A stretch of DNA of 64,000 nucleotides, from the NCBI GenBank assembly GCA_015062205.1, contig SUVB01000051.1:25816-89815 (forward strand). The letters are read 5' to 3'. Source of the stretch: Desulfovibrio desulfuricans. Its GTDB lineage: Bacteria > Desulfobacterota > Desulfovibrionia > Desulfovibrionales > Desulfovibrionaceae. Shown here piece after piece: positions 44,518 to 53,992 of this stretch. Made by a program: the position numbers and the translations under genes. Within the stretch, counting starts at the first letter, position 1. Each line of letters starts with the position of its first letter. The notes beneath the pieces are model-generated. The model ran no database searches, was not told the DNA's origin, and saw nothing but the letters and a program-made list of their open reading frames with translations.

Positions 44518-45514
44518 ACACGGCATCGCTGTCGTCATCCCCTGTTTCAAATGCCGCCGCCACATTCTGGACGTGCTGCGCCGCATGGGCAAGGAAGTGC
44601 GCCGCATCTACGTGGTGGACGACTGCTGCCCCGAAGGCACGGGCCGCCTTGTGCAGGAAGAAGTCAGCGATCCCCGCGTGCGCGTGCTGTTCAATGAGAG
44701 AAACCTCGGCGTGGGCGGGGCCGTCATGCGCGGCTACCGCGCGGCGCTGGAAGAGCCGGAGAACCGGATCATCGTCAAGATCGACGGCGACGGGCAGATG
44801 GACCCGGCCCTGCTTTCCCGTTTCACGGCCCCCATCCGCCGGGGCCTGGCCGACTACGCCAAGGGTAACCGCTTCTACAATCTGGACCAGGTGTTCCGCA
44901 TGCCCAAGATACGCATCTTCGGCAATGTGGCGCTGTCCTTCCTCTCCAAGTTTTCCACCGGATACTGGCAGATTTTCGACTTCACCAACGGCTACACGGC
45001 CATTGCCAGGGAAGTGGTCAGCCGTCTGGATTTCGACAAGATCGACAAGCGCTATTTCTTCGAGTCGGACATGCTCTTCCGCCTGAACATCATCCGCGCC
45101 GTGGTGGTGGACATTCCCATGTCGGCGCGCTACGGCGACGAAAAAAGCAACCTGAGCATAGCCAACTGCGTGGGCCGGTTCTTCTTCAAGCACTGCGCCA
45201 ACATGGTGAAGCGCATTTTCTACAACTATTTTCTGCGCGACCTTTCGCTGGCGTCCCTGGAGTTGCTGCTGGGTCTGTTTTTTGCCGTCTGGGGCTGCCT
45301 GTTCGGCGGCTTCACCTGGTGGAACGCGCTGGAGCAGAATCTCACCACCCCGGCGGGCACGGCCATCCTGGCGGGCACCATGATTATCGTCGGCCTGCAG
45401 CTCCTGCTGGGCTTTTTCGCCTATGACATGGCCAACGCGCCCACACGCCCGCTGCACCTGCTTTACGACGACAGGGACGAGCCGCCCTCCCCCGACGAGG
45501 CCGGGCAGGCGTGA
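44510..45514 (+). CDS. GT2 polyprenol-phosphate glycosyltransferase (GtrB/ArnC/Dpm1-like)
   Basis: VVIPCF, VVDD..PEGT, NLGVGGA, KIDGDGQMDP (DxD), D..NGY, FESDML; two C-terminal TM helices; overlaps the deacetylase stop. Confidence 0.9.
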   Translation: MSEHGIAVVIPCFKCRRHILDVLRRMGKEVRRIYVVDDCCPEGTGRLVQEEVSDPRVRVLFNERNLGVGGAVMRGYRAALEEPENRIIVKIDGDGQMDPALLSRFTAPIRRGLADYAKGNRFYNLDQVFRMPKIRIFGNVALSFLSKFSTGYWQIFDFTNGYTAIAREVVSRLDFDKIDKRYFFESDMLFRLNIIRAVVVDIPMSARYGDEKSNLSIANCVGRFFFKHCANMVKRIFYNYFLRDLSLASLELLLGLFFAVWGCLFGGFTWWNALEQNLTTPAGTAILAGTMIIVGLQLLLGFFAYDMANAPTRPLHLLYDDRDEPPSPDEAGQA

Positions 45515-45647
45515 CGCGGCCGTCCGCAGCCCCTGCCTGCGCAGTGCCGCACAGGAGAGCGCAGCCCCTCCGGGCGATGGAGCAGGGCCGGCGCGCCGGG
45601 AGCATCAGCCCCGGCAAAAGCGCGCGACCGCAACTGTCGGGGGAACT

Positions 45648-46763
45648 ATGGCGCAGGGAACGGCACGGGAACTCCTGAACCGCCTGGCGCAAGAACGCCG
45701 TCTCGCATGGAAGGAGTGGCGCGCCCTGCTGGCCGGGGCCGGGGAAGACGACCGCCGCTATGCCGCGCAGCTCGCGCGCGGCATAGCGCGCGCGGCCTTC
45801 GGCAACCGGGTCTGGTATCGCGGCATCGTCGAAATCACGAACCATTGCCGCAACAACTGCCGGTATTGCGGCATCCGCCGGGGGCATGCCGCCCTGCCGC
45901 GCTACCGCCTTTCCGACCGACAGATACTGGACTGCTGCGCGTCCGGCCATGCCCTGGGCATACGCACCTTTGTGCTGCAGGGCGGCGAAGACCCGTGGCA
46001 CACGGACGCGCGCCTCGTCCCCCTGCTGCACGAACTGCGCCGCCGCTTTCCGGACGCGGCCGTCACGCTTTCCCTGGGCGAGCGCAGCCGGGAAAGCTAC
46101 CGGCGCCTGTACGACGCCGGGGCGCGCCGCTATCTTTTGCGGCACGAGACGGCCGACCCGCGGCATTACCGCCTGCTGCACGCGCGCGGACAGGACTTTT
46201 GGCGGCGCATGGAGTGCCTGCACGCCCTGCGCGACACGGGCTACCAGACCGGCTGCGGCATGATGGTCGGCTCGCCGGGACAAAACGCGGACTCGTTGGC
46301 GGACGACATGACATTCATGCAGGAATTCCGCCCGCAGATGATCGGCCTGGGGCCGTTTCTGCCGCACCATGCCACGCCCTTTCGCAGGCATCCCGCGGGA
46401 GACGCGGGGCTGACGCTCTTTCTGCTGAGCCTGTGCCGCATCATGTTCCCGCGGGTGCTGCTGCCCGCCACCACGGCCCTGCGGACGCTCCTGCCCGACG
46501 GCCTCACGCGGGGCCTTGAGGCCGGGTGCAATGTGGTCATGCCCAACCTGACGCCTGCGGCAGGCCGCGGCTACCGGCTGTACGACGGGAAACCCGATGC
46601 CGGCGACGCGCGCGAAAGCCTGTGCGCCCTCGGGCGGGAACTGGCGGCGGCAGGGTATGCGCCGGCCTCCGGCAGGGGCGACTACGCGCCGGAGGACGGC
46701 CCGGTCGGCGTGCAAGCCCGCGGGGGCGAGGGGCCGACCGAAGGGCCGGTCATGCCGTCGTGA
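45648..46763 (+). CDS. hydE: [FeFe]-hydrogenase maturation radical SAM protein
   Basis: RGIVEITNHCRNNCRYCGIR, LQGGED, YLLRHET, G.GPF.PH, PATTAL, NVVMPN. Confidence 0.88.
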   Translation: MAQGTARELLNRLAQERRLAWKEWRALLAGAGEDDRRYAAQLARGIARAAFGNRVWYRGIVEITNHCRNNCRYCGIRRGHAALPRYRLSDRQILDCCASGHALGIRTFVLQGGEDPWHTDARLVPLLHELRRRFPDAAVTLSLGERSRESYRRLYDAGARRYLLRHETADPRHYRLLHARGQDFWRRMECLHALRDTGYQTGCGMMVGSPGQNADSLADDMTFMQEFRPQMIGLGPFLPHHATPFRRHPAGDAGLTLFLLSLCRIMFPRVLLPATTALRTLLPDGLTRGLEAGCNVVMPNLTPAAGRGYRLYDGKPDAGDARESLCALGRELAAAGYAPASGRGDYAPEDGPVGVQARGGEGPTEGPVMPS

Positions 46764-46863
46764 GGACAGACGCGACAGGCCGCGCCGCATTTCGCGGCAT
46801 GGAACGTTCGGCGGACGGGGCCGCTGAACGGTTCCGGACATCCCCCCTGCGAACGGGACGCTT

Positions 46864-49200
46864 ATGAAGACCCTGCGGATAGAAGTGCGCGGCATTGTGC
46901 AGGGGGTCGGCTTCCGCCCCTTTGTGCACCGCGCGGCCGACGCCTGCGGGGTCAGGGGCAGCGTGGCCAACAGGGGTTCCTACGTGGAGATATTCGCCCA
47001 GGGCACGCGGGACAGGGTGGAACGGCTCCTCGGCATGCTCCGCAACGAGCCGCCGGAACGCTCGCTGGTCATGAAGATTTCCGCCACGGAAACGGATATC
47101 CCCGAAGCGCGGGAATTCGCCATTGTGGAGAGCGCGCGGGAAGAGGGCGACATCTTCGTCTCGCCGGACATCGCCACCTGCCCCCGCTGCCGGGAGGAGC
47201 TGTTCAATCCCGGCGACCGGCGCTACCTGCACCCCTTCATCAACTGCACGGCCTGCGGCCCGCGCCTGACCATTCTGGATTCCATGCCCTATGACCGCGA
47301 ACGCACCAGCATGGGAGCCTTCCCCATGTGCCGGGCCTGCGCGTGGGAATACACGCACGCCGAAACGCGCCGCTACGACGCCCAGCCCGTCTGCTGCAAC
47401 GACTGCGGCCCGCAGGTCTACATGCTCGACGGCGGGGAGCGCGGGGCCGCGGCCATCACGGCGGCGCGCCGCCGCATCATGGCGGGCGGCATCGTGGCCG
47501 TCAAGGGCATCGGCGGCTTCCACCTCTGCTGCGACGCGGGCAACGCCGCCGCCGTGGCCCGCCTGCGGCGGCTGAAACGCCGCCCGACCAAGCCCTTTGC
47601 CGTCATGCTGCGCGATATGGCCGCAGTGCGCCGCGAATGCGCAGCGGACACTGCGCGCGAGACCCTGCTGGACAGCTGGCAGAAGCCCATCGTGCTCCTG
47701 CCGCGGCGGGAGGGCGGCCGCCTCTGCGCCGGGACAGCGCCGGACAATCCCGCGGTGGGCGTCATGCTGCCCTATGCGCCCCTGCAGCTGCTGCTCTTCA
47801 CCTACCCCGACGATGTGCCCATGACGGACATGCTCGTCATGACCAGCGCCAACGCCTCCGGCGCGCCCATCTGCCGCACGGAGGAGGACGCCCGGCGGGA
47901 GATTTCCGGCTTCTGCGACGCCATCCTCTCCCATGACCGCGTCATCCGCCTGCGGGCCGACGATTCCGTCATGGATATCGTGGACGGGCAGCCCTCCATG
48001 ATCCGCCGGTCGCGCGGCTATGCGCCCCTGCCCTGCATCCTCTCCGGCGACTGGAAGGGCGCCGTGCTGGGCATCGGCGGCGAACTGAAGAACGCGTTCT
48101 GCCTGGGCCGCAACGAATTGTTCTACCTCTCGCCGCACATCGGCGACCTGGAGGACATCCGCACCGTGGAAGCCCTGCGCGCCTCCCTGACGCGCATGGA
48201 GGGGCTGCTGGAAATCCGGCCGCAACTGGCGGCCTGCGACCTGCATCCCCGCTACAACAGCGTGGCCGTGGCCGGGGATCTGGGCCTGCCGCTGCTGCCG
48301 GTGCAGCACCATTACGCGCACGTGGCCGCCTGCATGGCCGAGAACGACCGGCACGAGCCTGTCATCGGCGTTGCCTTCGACGGCACGGGCTACGGCTCGG
48401 ACGGGACAATCTGGGGCGGGGAACTGCTTGTGGCCGACTATGCGGGCTTCCGCCGCGCGGGGCACATCCGGCCCTTCACGCTGGCCGGGGGCGACGCCGC
48501 CGCCCGCGAGGGCTGGCGCGTGGCCGCGGCCATGCTGCAGGCCCTGCGCGGCGGGGACGCAGCGGAAGAGCTGCGCGCGCTCGGGGTCTGCCCGCCGGAG
48601 GAGGCCGCCGTGGTCCAGGCCATGACGTCAAAAAACATCAACTGTGTGCGCTCCACCAGCGCGGGCCGCCTGTTCGACGCCGTCAGCGCCCTGCTGGGCC
48701 TGCGGCGGGCCTCCACCTTTGAGGGCGAGGCTTCCATGGCGCTGCAGTTCGCGGCGGAGGCGCACTGGCGCACGGTCGGGCAGGAGCCGGGCGAGGCCAC
48801 GGCGCGCATGGCCGCCCGGCTGCACAAGGACGGGCGCGGCCCCCGGCTGGCGGAGGAAAACGGCGCGCCGGTGCTGCCCACGGAAACGCTTGTGGAAGAC
48901 CTGGCGGCAGCCCGGCTGAACGGGGAGCCCTCCGGCCCCCTGGCCGCGCGCTTCCACGCGGGGCTGGCCGCCATGATCACGGCCTGCTGCGAGCGCATCC
49001 GCGAAGATACCGGCCTTACGACCTGCGCCCTGACGGGGGGGGTGTTCCAGAACCGGCTGCTCTCCTCGGCCTGCGCCCGGCTGCTGGAACAGCGCGGTTT
49101 CCTCGTGCTGCGGCACAGCCTCGTGCCGCCCAACGACGGCGGCCTTGCCCTGGGGCAGGCCGTCATTGCCGCATGGCGGCTGCGGCACGGCCGGTTGTGA
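46864..49200 (+). CDS. hypF: Carbamoyltransferase HypF ([NiFe]-hydrogenase maturation)
   Basis: Acylphosphatase N-terminus (GIVQGVGFRPF), two CxxC-x18-CxxC zinc fingers, KGIGGFHL, QHHYAH, TSAGRLFDA, PPNDGGLALGQ. Confidence 0.97.
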   Translation: MKTLRIEVRGIVQGVGFRPFVHRAADACGVRGSVANRGSYVEIFAQGTRDRVERLLGMLRNEPPERSLVMKISATETDIPEAREFAIVESAREEGDIFVSPDIATCPRCREELFNPGDRRYLHPFINCTACGPRLTILDSMPYDRERTSMGAFPMCRACAWEYTHAETRRYDAQPVCCNDCGPQVYMLDGGERGAAAITAARRRIMAGGIVAVKGIGGFHLCCDAGNAAAVARLRRLKRRPTKPFAVMLRDMAAVRRECAADTARETLLDSWQKPIVLLPRREGGRLCAGTAPDNPAVGVMLPYAPLQLLLFTYPDDVPMTDMLVMTSANASGAPICRTEEDARREISGFCDAILSHDRVIRLRADDSVMDIVDGQPSMIRRSRGYAPLPCILSGDWKGAVLGIGGELKNAFCLGRNELFYLSPHIGDLEDIRTVEALRASLTRMEGLLEIRPQLAACDLHPRYNSVAVAGDLGLPLLPVQHHYAHVAACMAENDRHEPVIGVAFDGTGYGSDGTIWGGELLVADYAGFRRAGHIRPFTLAGGDAAAREGWRVAAAMLQALRGGDAAEELRALGVCPPEEAAVVQAMTSKNINCVRSTSAGRLFDAVSALLGLRRASTFEGEASMALQFAAEAHWRTVGQEPGEATARMAARLHKDGRGPRLAEENGAPVLPTETLVEDLAAARLNGEPSGPLAARFHAGLAAMITACCERIREDTGLTTCALTGGVFQNRLLSSACARLLEQRGFLVLRHSLVPPNDGGLALGQAVIAAWRLRHGRL

Positions 49201-49411
49201 CGACAGCCCCTCACGGGCTTGCATGGAACAACGCGCCGGGCGCCGTCACGTCCGCAGCAACGCCTTTTTTGACAGTTGCAGGCAGCCTGCCATAGACAGC
49301 GTCCGCACAAAGCGCTTGCCACAAAGCCCCGCCATGGGATACCCTAGGAACGGCAGGCGTGCCGTTTTTCATTGGGCGCGCCCTTTGTCCGTATCTACCC
49401 GAGAGGCGCGC

Positions 49412-50785
49412 ATGGAAGCTTTGTACAGTTTTTTGCAGCAGGTCAGCGATTTTGTCTGGGGGCCGGTGATGCTGGTCATGCTGGTGGGCACCGGCCTGTA
49501 CCTGACATTGGGCCTGCACTTCTTTTCCTTCCGCAACTGGATCACGGCATATCGCTGCCTCTGGGCCGGGCGGAAGGATCAGTCGGAACGCGGTGAGGTT
49601 TCCCCCTGGAATGCCCTGATGACGGCCCTTGCCGCCGATATCGGCACCGGCAACATCGTGGGCGTGGCCACGGCCATTGCCGTGGGCGGCCCGGGCGCGC
49701 TGTTCTGGATGTGGATGACCGCCCTTGTGGGCATGATGACAAAATTTTCCGAAGTGCTGCTTTCCGTGCACTTCCGCGAGCGCACCCCCGCCGGCAACTG
49801 GGTGGGCGGGGCCATGTATTTCATCAAGAACGGCCTTGGCCCCAACTGGAAATGGCTGGCCACCTGTTTCGCCCTGTTCGGCATGATCGCCTGTTTCGGC
49901 ATCGGCGGCATGGTGCAGTCCAACGCCATCAGCGTGAACCTGGAACGAACCGCAGGCGTGCCCAATGCCGTCACGGCCCTCCTGCTGCTCCTCCTGGCGG
50001 GCATGGTGCTGGTGGGCGGCGTGAAGCGCGTGGGCGCCGTGGCCGGCAGGCTGGTGCCCTTCATGGCCGCCATCTACGTGGTCATGTGCATGGTCATTAT
50101 CTGCCTGAATTTCACGCGCATCCCCGCCATTGTGTGGTGGGTCATCAGCGACGCCTTCACCCCCACCGCCGCGCAGGGCGGCTTTGCCGGGGCCACGGTA
50201 ATGATGGCCATCCGCATGGGCATGGCCCGCGGCGTCTTTTCCAACGAGGCGGGCCTCGGCTCCGCGCCCATGGCCCACGCCGCGTCCACGGCGGAATCCC
50301 CGCTGGTGCAGGCCAGCATCGGCATGCTGGACGTGTTCATCGACACCATCATTGTCTGCTCCATGACGGGCTTTGTGATTCTCATTTCCCTGACGCCCGA
50401 AGGCCAGCCCCTGTGGAGCTCCGGCCTCAACGGCGGCCTGCTCACCGCCGCCGCCTTCAAGGCCTCGCTGTCCAGCTTCGGCGAATACGGCGTCACCATC
50501 TGCCTCACGCTCTTCGCCTTCACCACGTCGCTCGGCTGGTGCGTCTACGGCGAGCGCTGCGTCATCTACCTCTTCGGCGACAGGGGGCAGAAGCCCTTCC
50601 GCATCGTCTTTGTCTGCGCCATTGCCCTGGGCGCCGTGCTCAAGCTGGACCTGGTCTGGCTGCTTTCCGACATCGGCAACGCGCTCATGGCCTTCCCCAA
50701 CATTCTGGGCATTCTGCTGCTCAGCCCGGTACTGTTTCAGATTGTGCGCGACGAGGTCAGCAAGGACCCGCGCTTCGTGCTGTAA
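49412..50785 (+). CDS. Alanine/glycine:cation symporter (AGCS family)
   Basis: GTGNIVGVATAI..GGPGALFWMW, RGVFSNEAGLGSAP, DT.IVC.MTG, FAFTT..GW..YGE. Confidence 0.95.
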   Translation: MEALYSFLQQVSDFVWGPVMLVMLVGTGLYLTLGLHFFSFRNWITAYRCLWAGRKDQSERGEVSPWNALMTALAADIGTGNIVGVATAIAVGGPGALFWMWMTALVGMMTKFSEVLLSVHFRERTPAGNWVGGAMYFIKNGLGPNWKWLATCFALFGMIACFGIGGMVQSNAISVNLERTAGVPNAVTALLLLLLAGMVLVGGVKRVGAVAGRLVPFMAAIYVVMCMVIICLNFTRIPAIVWWVISDAFTPTAAQGGFAGATVMMAIRMGMARGVFSNEAGLGSAPMAHAASTAESPLVQASIGMLDVFIDTIIVCSMTGFVILISLTPEGQPLWSSGLNGGLLTAAAFKASLSSFGEYGVTICLTLFAFTTSLGWCVYGERCVIYLFGDRGQKPFRIVFVCAIALGAVLKLDLVWLLSDIGNALMAFPNILGILLLSPVLFQIVRDEVSKDPRFVL

Positions 50786-50835
50786 GGCGACCGCATGCGC
50801 GGCATGGACCCGCCCCGGCAGGTCGCTGACGACAG

Positions 50836-50867
50836 AAAAGGCCCCGGCGGCAACGCCGGGGCCTTTT
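50836..50867. terminator. Bidirectional Rho-independent terminator
   Basis: AAAAGGCCCCGGCG-gcaa-CGCCGGGGCCTTTT between convergent genes. Confidence 0.8.
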
Positions 50868-50904
50868 GCGCCGCTGGGCGAAGGTGCTGCCCCGCCCTCC
50901 TGCC

Positions 50905-51480
50905 TCAGGGCAGGGGCGGCAGGATGTTGAGTCCGGTAAATCGCGCTTCCTGTTCCGGCGTCGGCAGCGCCTGCTGCGACGGCGAGAACAGGAACCACTG
51001 CTGATTCGCGGGATGCCAGAAGTGGATACGGCGGGCATGCAGCCCGGCATCGGCGGCGAAAGCGCGGATGGTCGGTTCCGTATAGGCGGCAAGTACGCTC
51101 TCCCCCTTGGGAAAATTGTCGAAATAGAACCAGCCCGAGCGCGTCTCGTCCGCGTCGCCCACGAAAAACGTGGCAAACAGCCTGCGCATGATATCCTTGC
51201 CGGTATGCGTGAAGATGGACAGCGCGACAATAACGTCAAAACGGACATCAAACGGGACGGAAAAATCGTCTGCGGCAGAAAAATGGGGAGATTTTACGGT
51301 CAGGATATCCTCGCCAAGTTCCTCCCGCAACGCCTCCTGCACGAGCCATTGGTTGGGTTCGACGCCGTAGTAGTGCCCCGCCTGAAGGTAGGAAATGAAA
51401 AAACGGCCGCCCCGCAGGGAGCCGCAGCCGAAATCCAACTGTGAAGCGCCGATGACGTCATACAGCCTGCCCGGCCCCAC
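50905..51480 (-). CDS. Class I SAM-dependent methyltransferase, probably 5'-truncated or degraded
   Basis: LDFGCGSLRGGR motif I, YYGVEPN, SIFTH; only a GTG start; in-frame TGA at 51517-51519 just upstream. Confidence 0.55.
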   Translation of the reverse strand: MGPGRLYDVIGASQLDFGCGSLRGGRFFISYLQAGHYYGVEPNQWLVQEALREELGEDILTVKSPHFSAADDFSVPFDVRFDVIVALSIFTHTGKDIMRRLFATFFVGDADETRSGWFYFDNFPKGESVLAAYTEPTIRAFAADAGLHARRIHFWHPANQQWFLFSPSQQALPTPEQEARFTGLNILPPLP

Positions 51481-51564
51481 ACAGGTTCTGTACGCCTTCT
51501 GTTCCTTGAACGAGCCTCAGCAGCGGATAGGAACGGGGGAACTCCGCGGGGAAGACCGCCCTCG

Positions 51565-52341
51565 CTACTGCCCGCGGATCCAGTACGTTTCGAAGCCGTC
51601 TTCCAGCTGGCCGTCCCTCACGCCGGTGAACCCCGCCTCCTTGAAGAGGTTGCGGTATTCGTCCTGCGTGCGCCGCCAGCCCCAGAACTGTTGCCGCCGT
51701 ATGCCCAGATAATGCAGCACGCCGCGGATGAGGATCTTGATGGCGTTCACGAAGCTGCCGATGAAGGAATCCTCCTCCAGCAGCGAAGCGGAGAGCAGCA
51801 CCAGTTCCCCGCCGGGGGCGAGCTGCGCCCGCAGCTCCCAGAGCAGGCGCTGGAACTCGCGCGTGGGAATGCCGTAGTCCACGGTGGAGAGGTAGATCAT
51901 GTCGTAGTGCACGTCCGGGGGCAGGCACCCCGGGGGCAGACCTATGTAGATGCGATCGCCGGGAATATGCTCGCGCAGCCACCTCATGCCCACGGTGCTG
52001 GGCTCGTTGACGTGCAGTTCCAACTCCGGCATTTCATCCAGCAGGATCTTTTCCATGTAGCCGACGCCGCTGCCGATGGAGAGCACGCGCACGGGCTCCC
52101 TGCGGCCCGCAGGTTCCTGGGCGAGTTTGGCGCGCAGCTGCCCGAGAAGCCAGCGGGCATCCTTGCGCTTGTTCTCACACCAGACCGCAGGCAGGTCGTT
52201 CCAGTCCTTGTAGCGGCGGAAGAGTTCCTCGTAAAACACCGCGTAAAACTTGGGTTCCGCCAGATGGAAAAAGGAAAGGTGCGAAAATGTCGTAAACGGT
52301 ATGCCTTGCCAACTTTCCTGATAAAAACGCCGCACGTTCAC
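51565..52341 (-). CDS. Methyltransferase-like hypothetical protein
   Basis: GTG start with GGAGG RBS; VLSIGSGVG glycine-rich motif, YDMIYL, L.PGG. Confidence 0.7.
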   Translation of the reverse strand: MNVRRFYQESWQGIPFTTFSHLSFFHLAEPKFYAVFYEELFRRYKDWNDLPAVWCENKRKDARWLLGQLRAKLAQEPAGRREPVRVLSIGSGVGYMEKILLDEMPELELHVNEPSTVGMRWLREHIPGDRIYIGLPPGCLPPDVHYDMIYLSTVDYGIPTREFQRLLWELRAQLAPGGELVLLSASLLEEDSFIGSFVNAIKILIRGVLHYLGIRRQQFWGWRRTQDEYRNLFKEAGFTGVRDGQLEDGFETYWIRGQ

Positions 52342-52453
52342 AGCCTCCGGAAGGGACACGGGGAATCGCCGGGCGCGCATCCCGCAGTTGTCAGTATAGA
52401 CCAAGCGCCGGAAAGGCGCAATGCGGCGCGGCCGGCGCGACGCAAATGGCGCG

Positions 52454-53191
52454 CTATATATCCTTGGGACGGCGCATCTCCCCCACCCAGCGGGAAAGCC
52501 CGGTGCGGGAAAAAACCGCATCGGCGGGCTTCAAGGCGCTGAGGCGCTCCTTCAGCGCCTCCTGCGCCTCCCTGTCCGGAAACGCCACCGTGCAGGCCTT
52601 TCTGCCCCGCTGACGGAAGGCGTTCAGCCGTTGCGGGTCAAAGGCGGCGTCGCGCGCCGCATCGTCGGGCACAGGTTCATGGTACTCCGCAATGACCAGC
52701 ATCTTTCTGAACTGCAGGACGAACTTTGCCCGGTACACAAGGCAGGCCTGCCCCGCCGCGTCAAAAGGGTTCTGCCCTGCCCGGAAGGCCATCAGGCTCT
52801 CATACAGCGTCTGCCCCGCGTGTTCATACTGCACGGCCTGCAGCACGGGAAAGGGTTCGTTATGCCCGTGATCCCACAGCCAGGGGTCCGTGGCTTCGGC
52901 CAGGGCGGTGATGAGCACGCCCTCGCCGTTCTCGTAGCCAGCAAACCACAGCCGCGCATTGCCCGGCTCCGTGACGCGGGTTTTCGGGATCAGATCGCGC
53001 CAGCCGGCCGTCTGCAGCACCATGCCCGGCGCGGGCACGAACTGGACCGCCGGTCGCGCGCGCGAGGCCAGCACCTGCTGCGAAGCCGCAGGAATGTGCG
53101 CAAGGCCGCGCAAGGGCGGCTGCGCGCCCATCTGCCGGACCAGAAGAAAGCCGCCTGCCAGCAGCACGGCAAACAGAAGAACAATTTTCAT
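52454..53191 (-). CDS. Hypothetical exported/membrane-anchored protein (possibly DUF4851-like)
   Basis: Hydrophobic N-terminus MKIVLLFAVLLAGG; no catalytic motif recognised. Confidence 0.5.
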   Translation of the reverse strand: MKIVLLFAVLLAGGFLLVRQMGAQPPLRGLAHIPAASQQVLASRARPAVQFVPAPGMVLQTAGWRDLIPKTRVTEPGNARLWFAGYENGEGVLITALAEATDPWLWDHGHNEPFPVLQAVQYEHAGQTLYESLMAFRAGQNPFDAAGQACLVYRAKFVLQFRKMLVIAEYHEPVPDDAARDAAFDPQRLNAFRQRGRKACTVAFPDREAQEALKERLSALKPADAVFSRTGLSRWVGEMRRPKDI

Positions 53192-53419
53192 GCGCGCATC
53201 TCCGGGCATCAGGTTGCGATACGAACGCCCCGCAGGGCCGGAAACGGAGGGCACTCTACGCCAAAGCGGCCGGGAAGGAAAGAGCGTCCGCGCACGGCGC
53301 GGGCACTCCGCGGCGGGCTTGCGCCGTGCGGCTTCAGGCCACGCGGCCGGGCAGGCCGGCCAACGGCATGCGCATGGCGGTTGCAGGCGCAGACAGGCGC
53401 TCCAACCCGGCCCGCCGCG

Positions 53420-53992
53420 CTACCATTCCGGCAAAAAGCAGCGGCAGGCATAGTGCTGCGGGATACGCAGCACCTCGTCAAGAGGCAGGGCCAGGTAGCG
53501 GGCCAGCAGGACGCGCAGCACGCCCGCATGCGCGACGCACAGCAGCGCGCCCTGCGGATAGCGCTGCCGCCAGCGGGCCAGCGCATCCAGAGCGCGGCGC
53601 TGGACTGCGGCGAAGCTTTCCCCGCCGGGAGGGACAAAGTCGCCCATATCCCGGCCGCGTGCCGCGTGCGCGCCGGGCCAGCGGATTTCAATCTCTTCGC
53701 GGGTCAGGCCTTCCCAGCGGCCAAGGCTTATTTCGCGCAGGCCCGGCTCCACATGCAGGGGAACAGGCTCGAAATGCTCCAGCAGCAGGGCTGCTGTTTC
53801 ACGGCAGCGGGACAAGTCCGAGGTGATGACGGCGCACAGCCGTCCGCGCAGGCCGGGCATGAACCCGCGCGCCAGGGCGCGCGCCTGCGCCCGGCCCGTT
53901 GCGCTCAGGGCAATGTCGCGCGCGCCGACCATGCGGCCTTCCGGATCAGGCGGCAGCGCGCCGTGCCGCACCAGCCAGACGCCGCCGCTCAC
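53420..53992 (-). CDS. Histidine phosphatase (phosphoglycerate mutase/CobC-like)
   Basis: LVRHG, SDLSRCRETA, LREI..G.WEG, GGESF, VAHAG. Confidence 0.9.
   Translation of the reverse strand: MSGGVWLVRHGALPPDPEGRMVGARDIALSATGRAQARALARGFMPGLRGRLCAVITSDLSRCRETAALLLEHFEPVPLHVEPGLREISLGRWEGLTREEIEIRWPGAHAARGRDMGDFVPPGGESFAAVQRRALDALARWRQRYPQGALLCVAHAGVLRVLLARYLALPLDEVLRIPQHYACRCFLPEW

Noticed and set aside
41318-45647. Prophage or IS origin of the gtr-like cassette
   Set aside because: No integrase, transposase, att-like direct repeats, tRNA target or phage genes seen.
49201-49411. Possible glycine riboswitch before the Ala/Gly symporter
   Set aside because: Expected for AGCS genes, but the GGAGA, CCGAAG and CTCTCAGG hallmarks are absent.
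51517-51519. In-frame TGA after a Cys codon as possible selenocysteine
   Set aside because: No start codon between it and the upstream TAG, and no evident SECIS hairpin; truncation explains it better.
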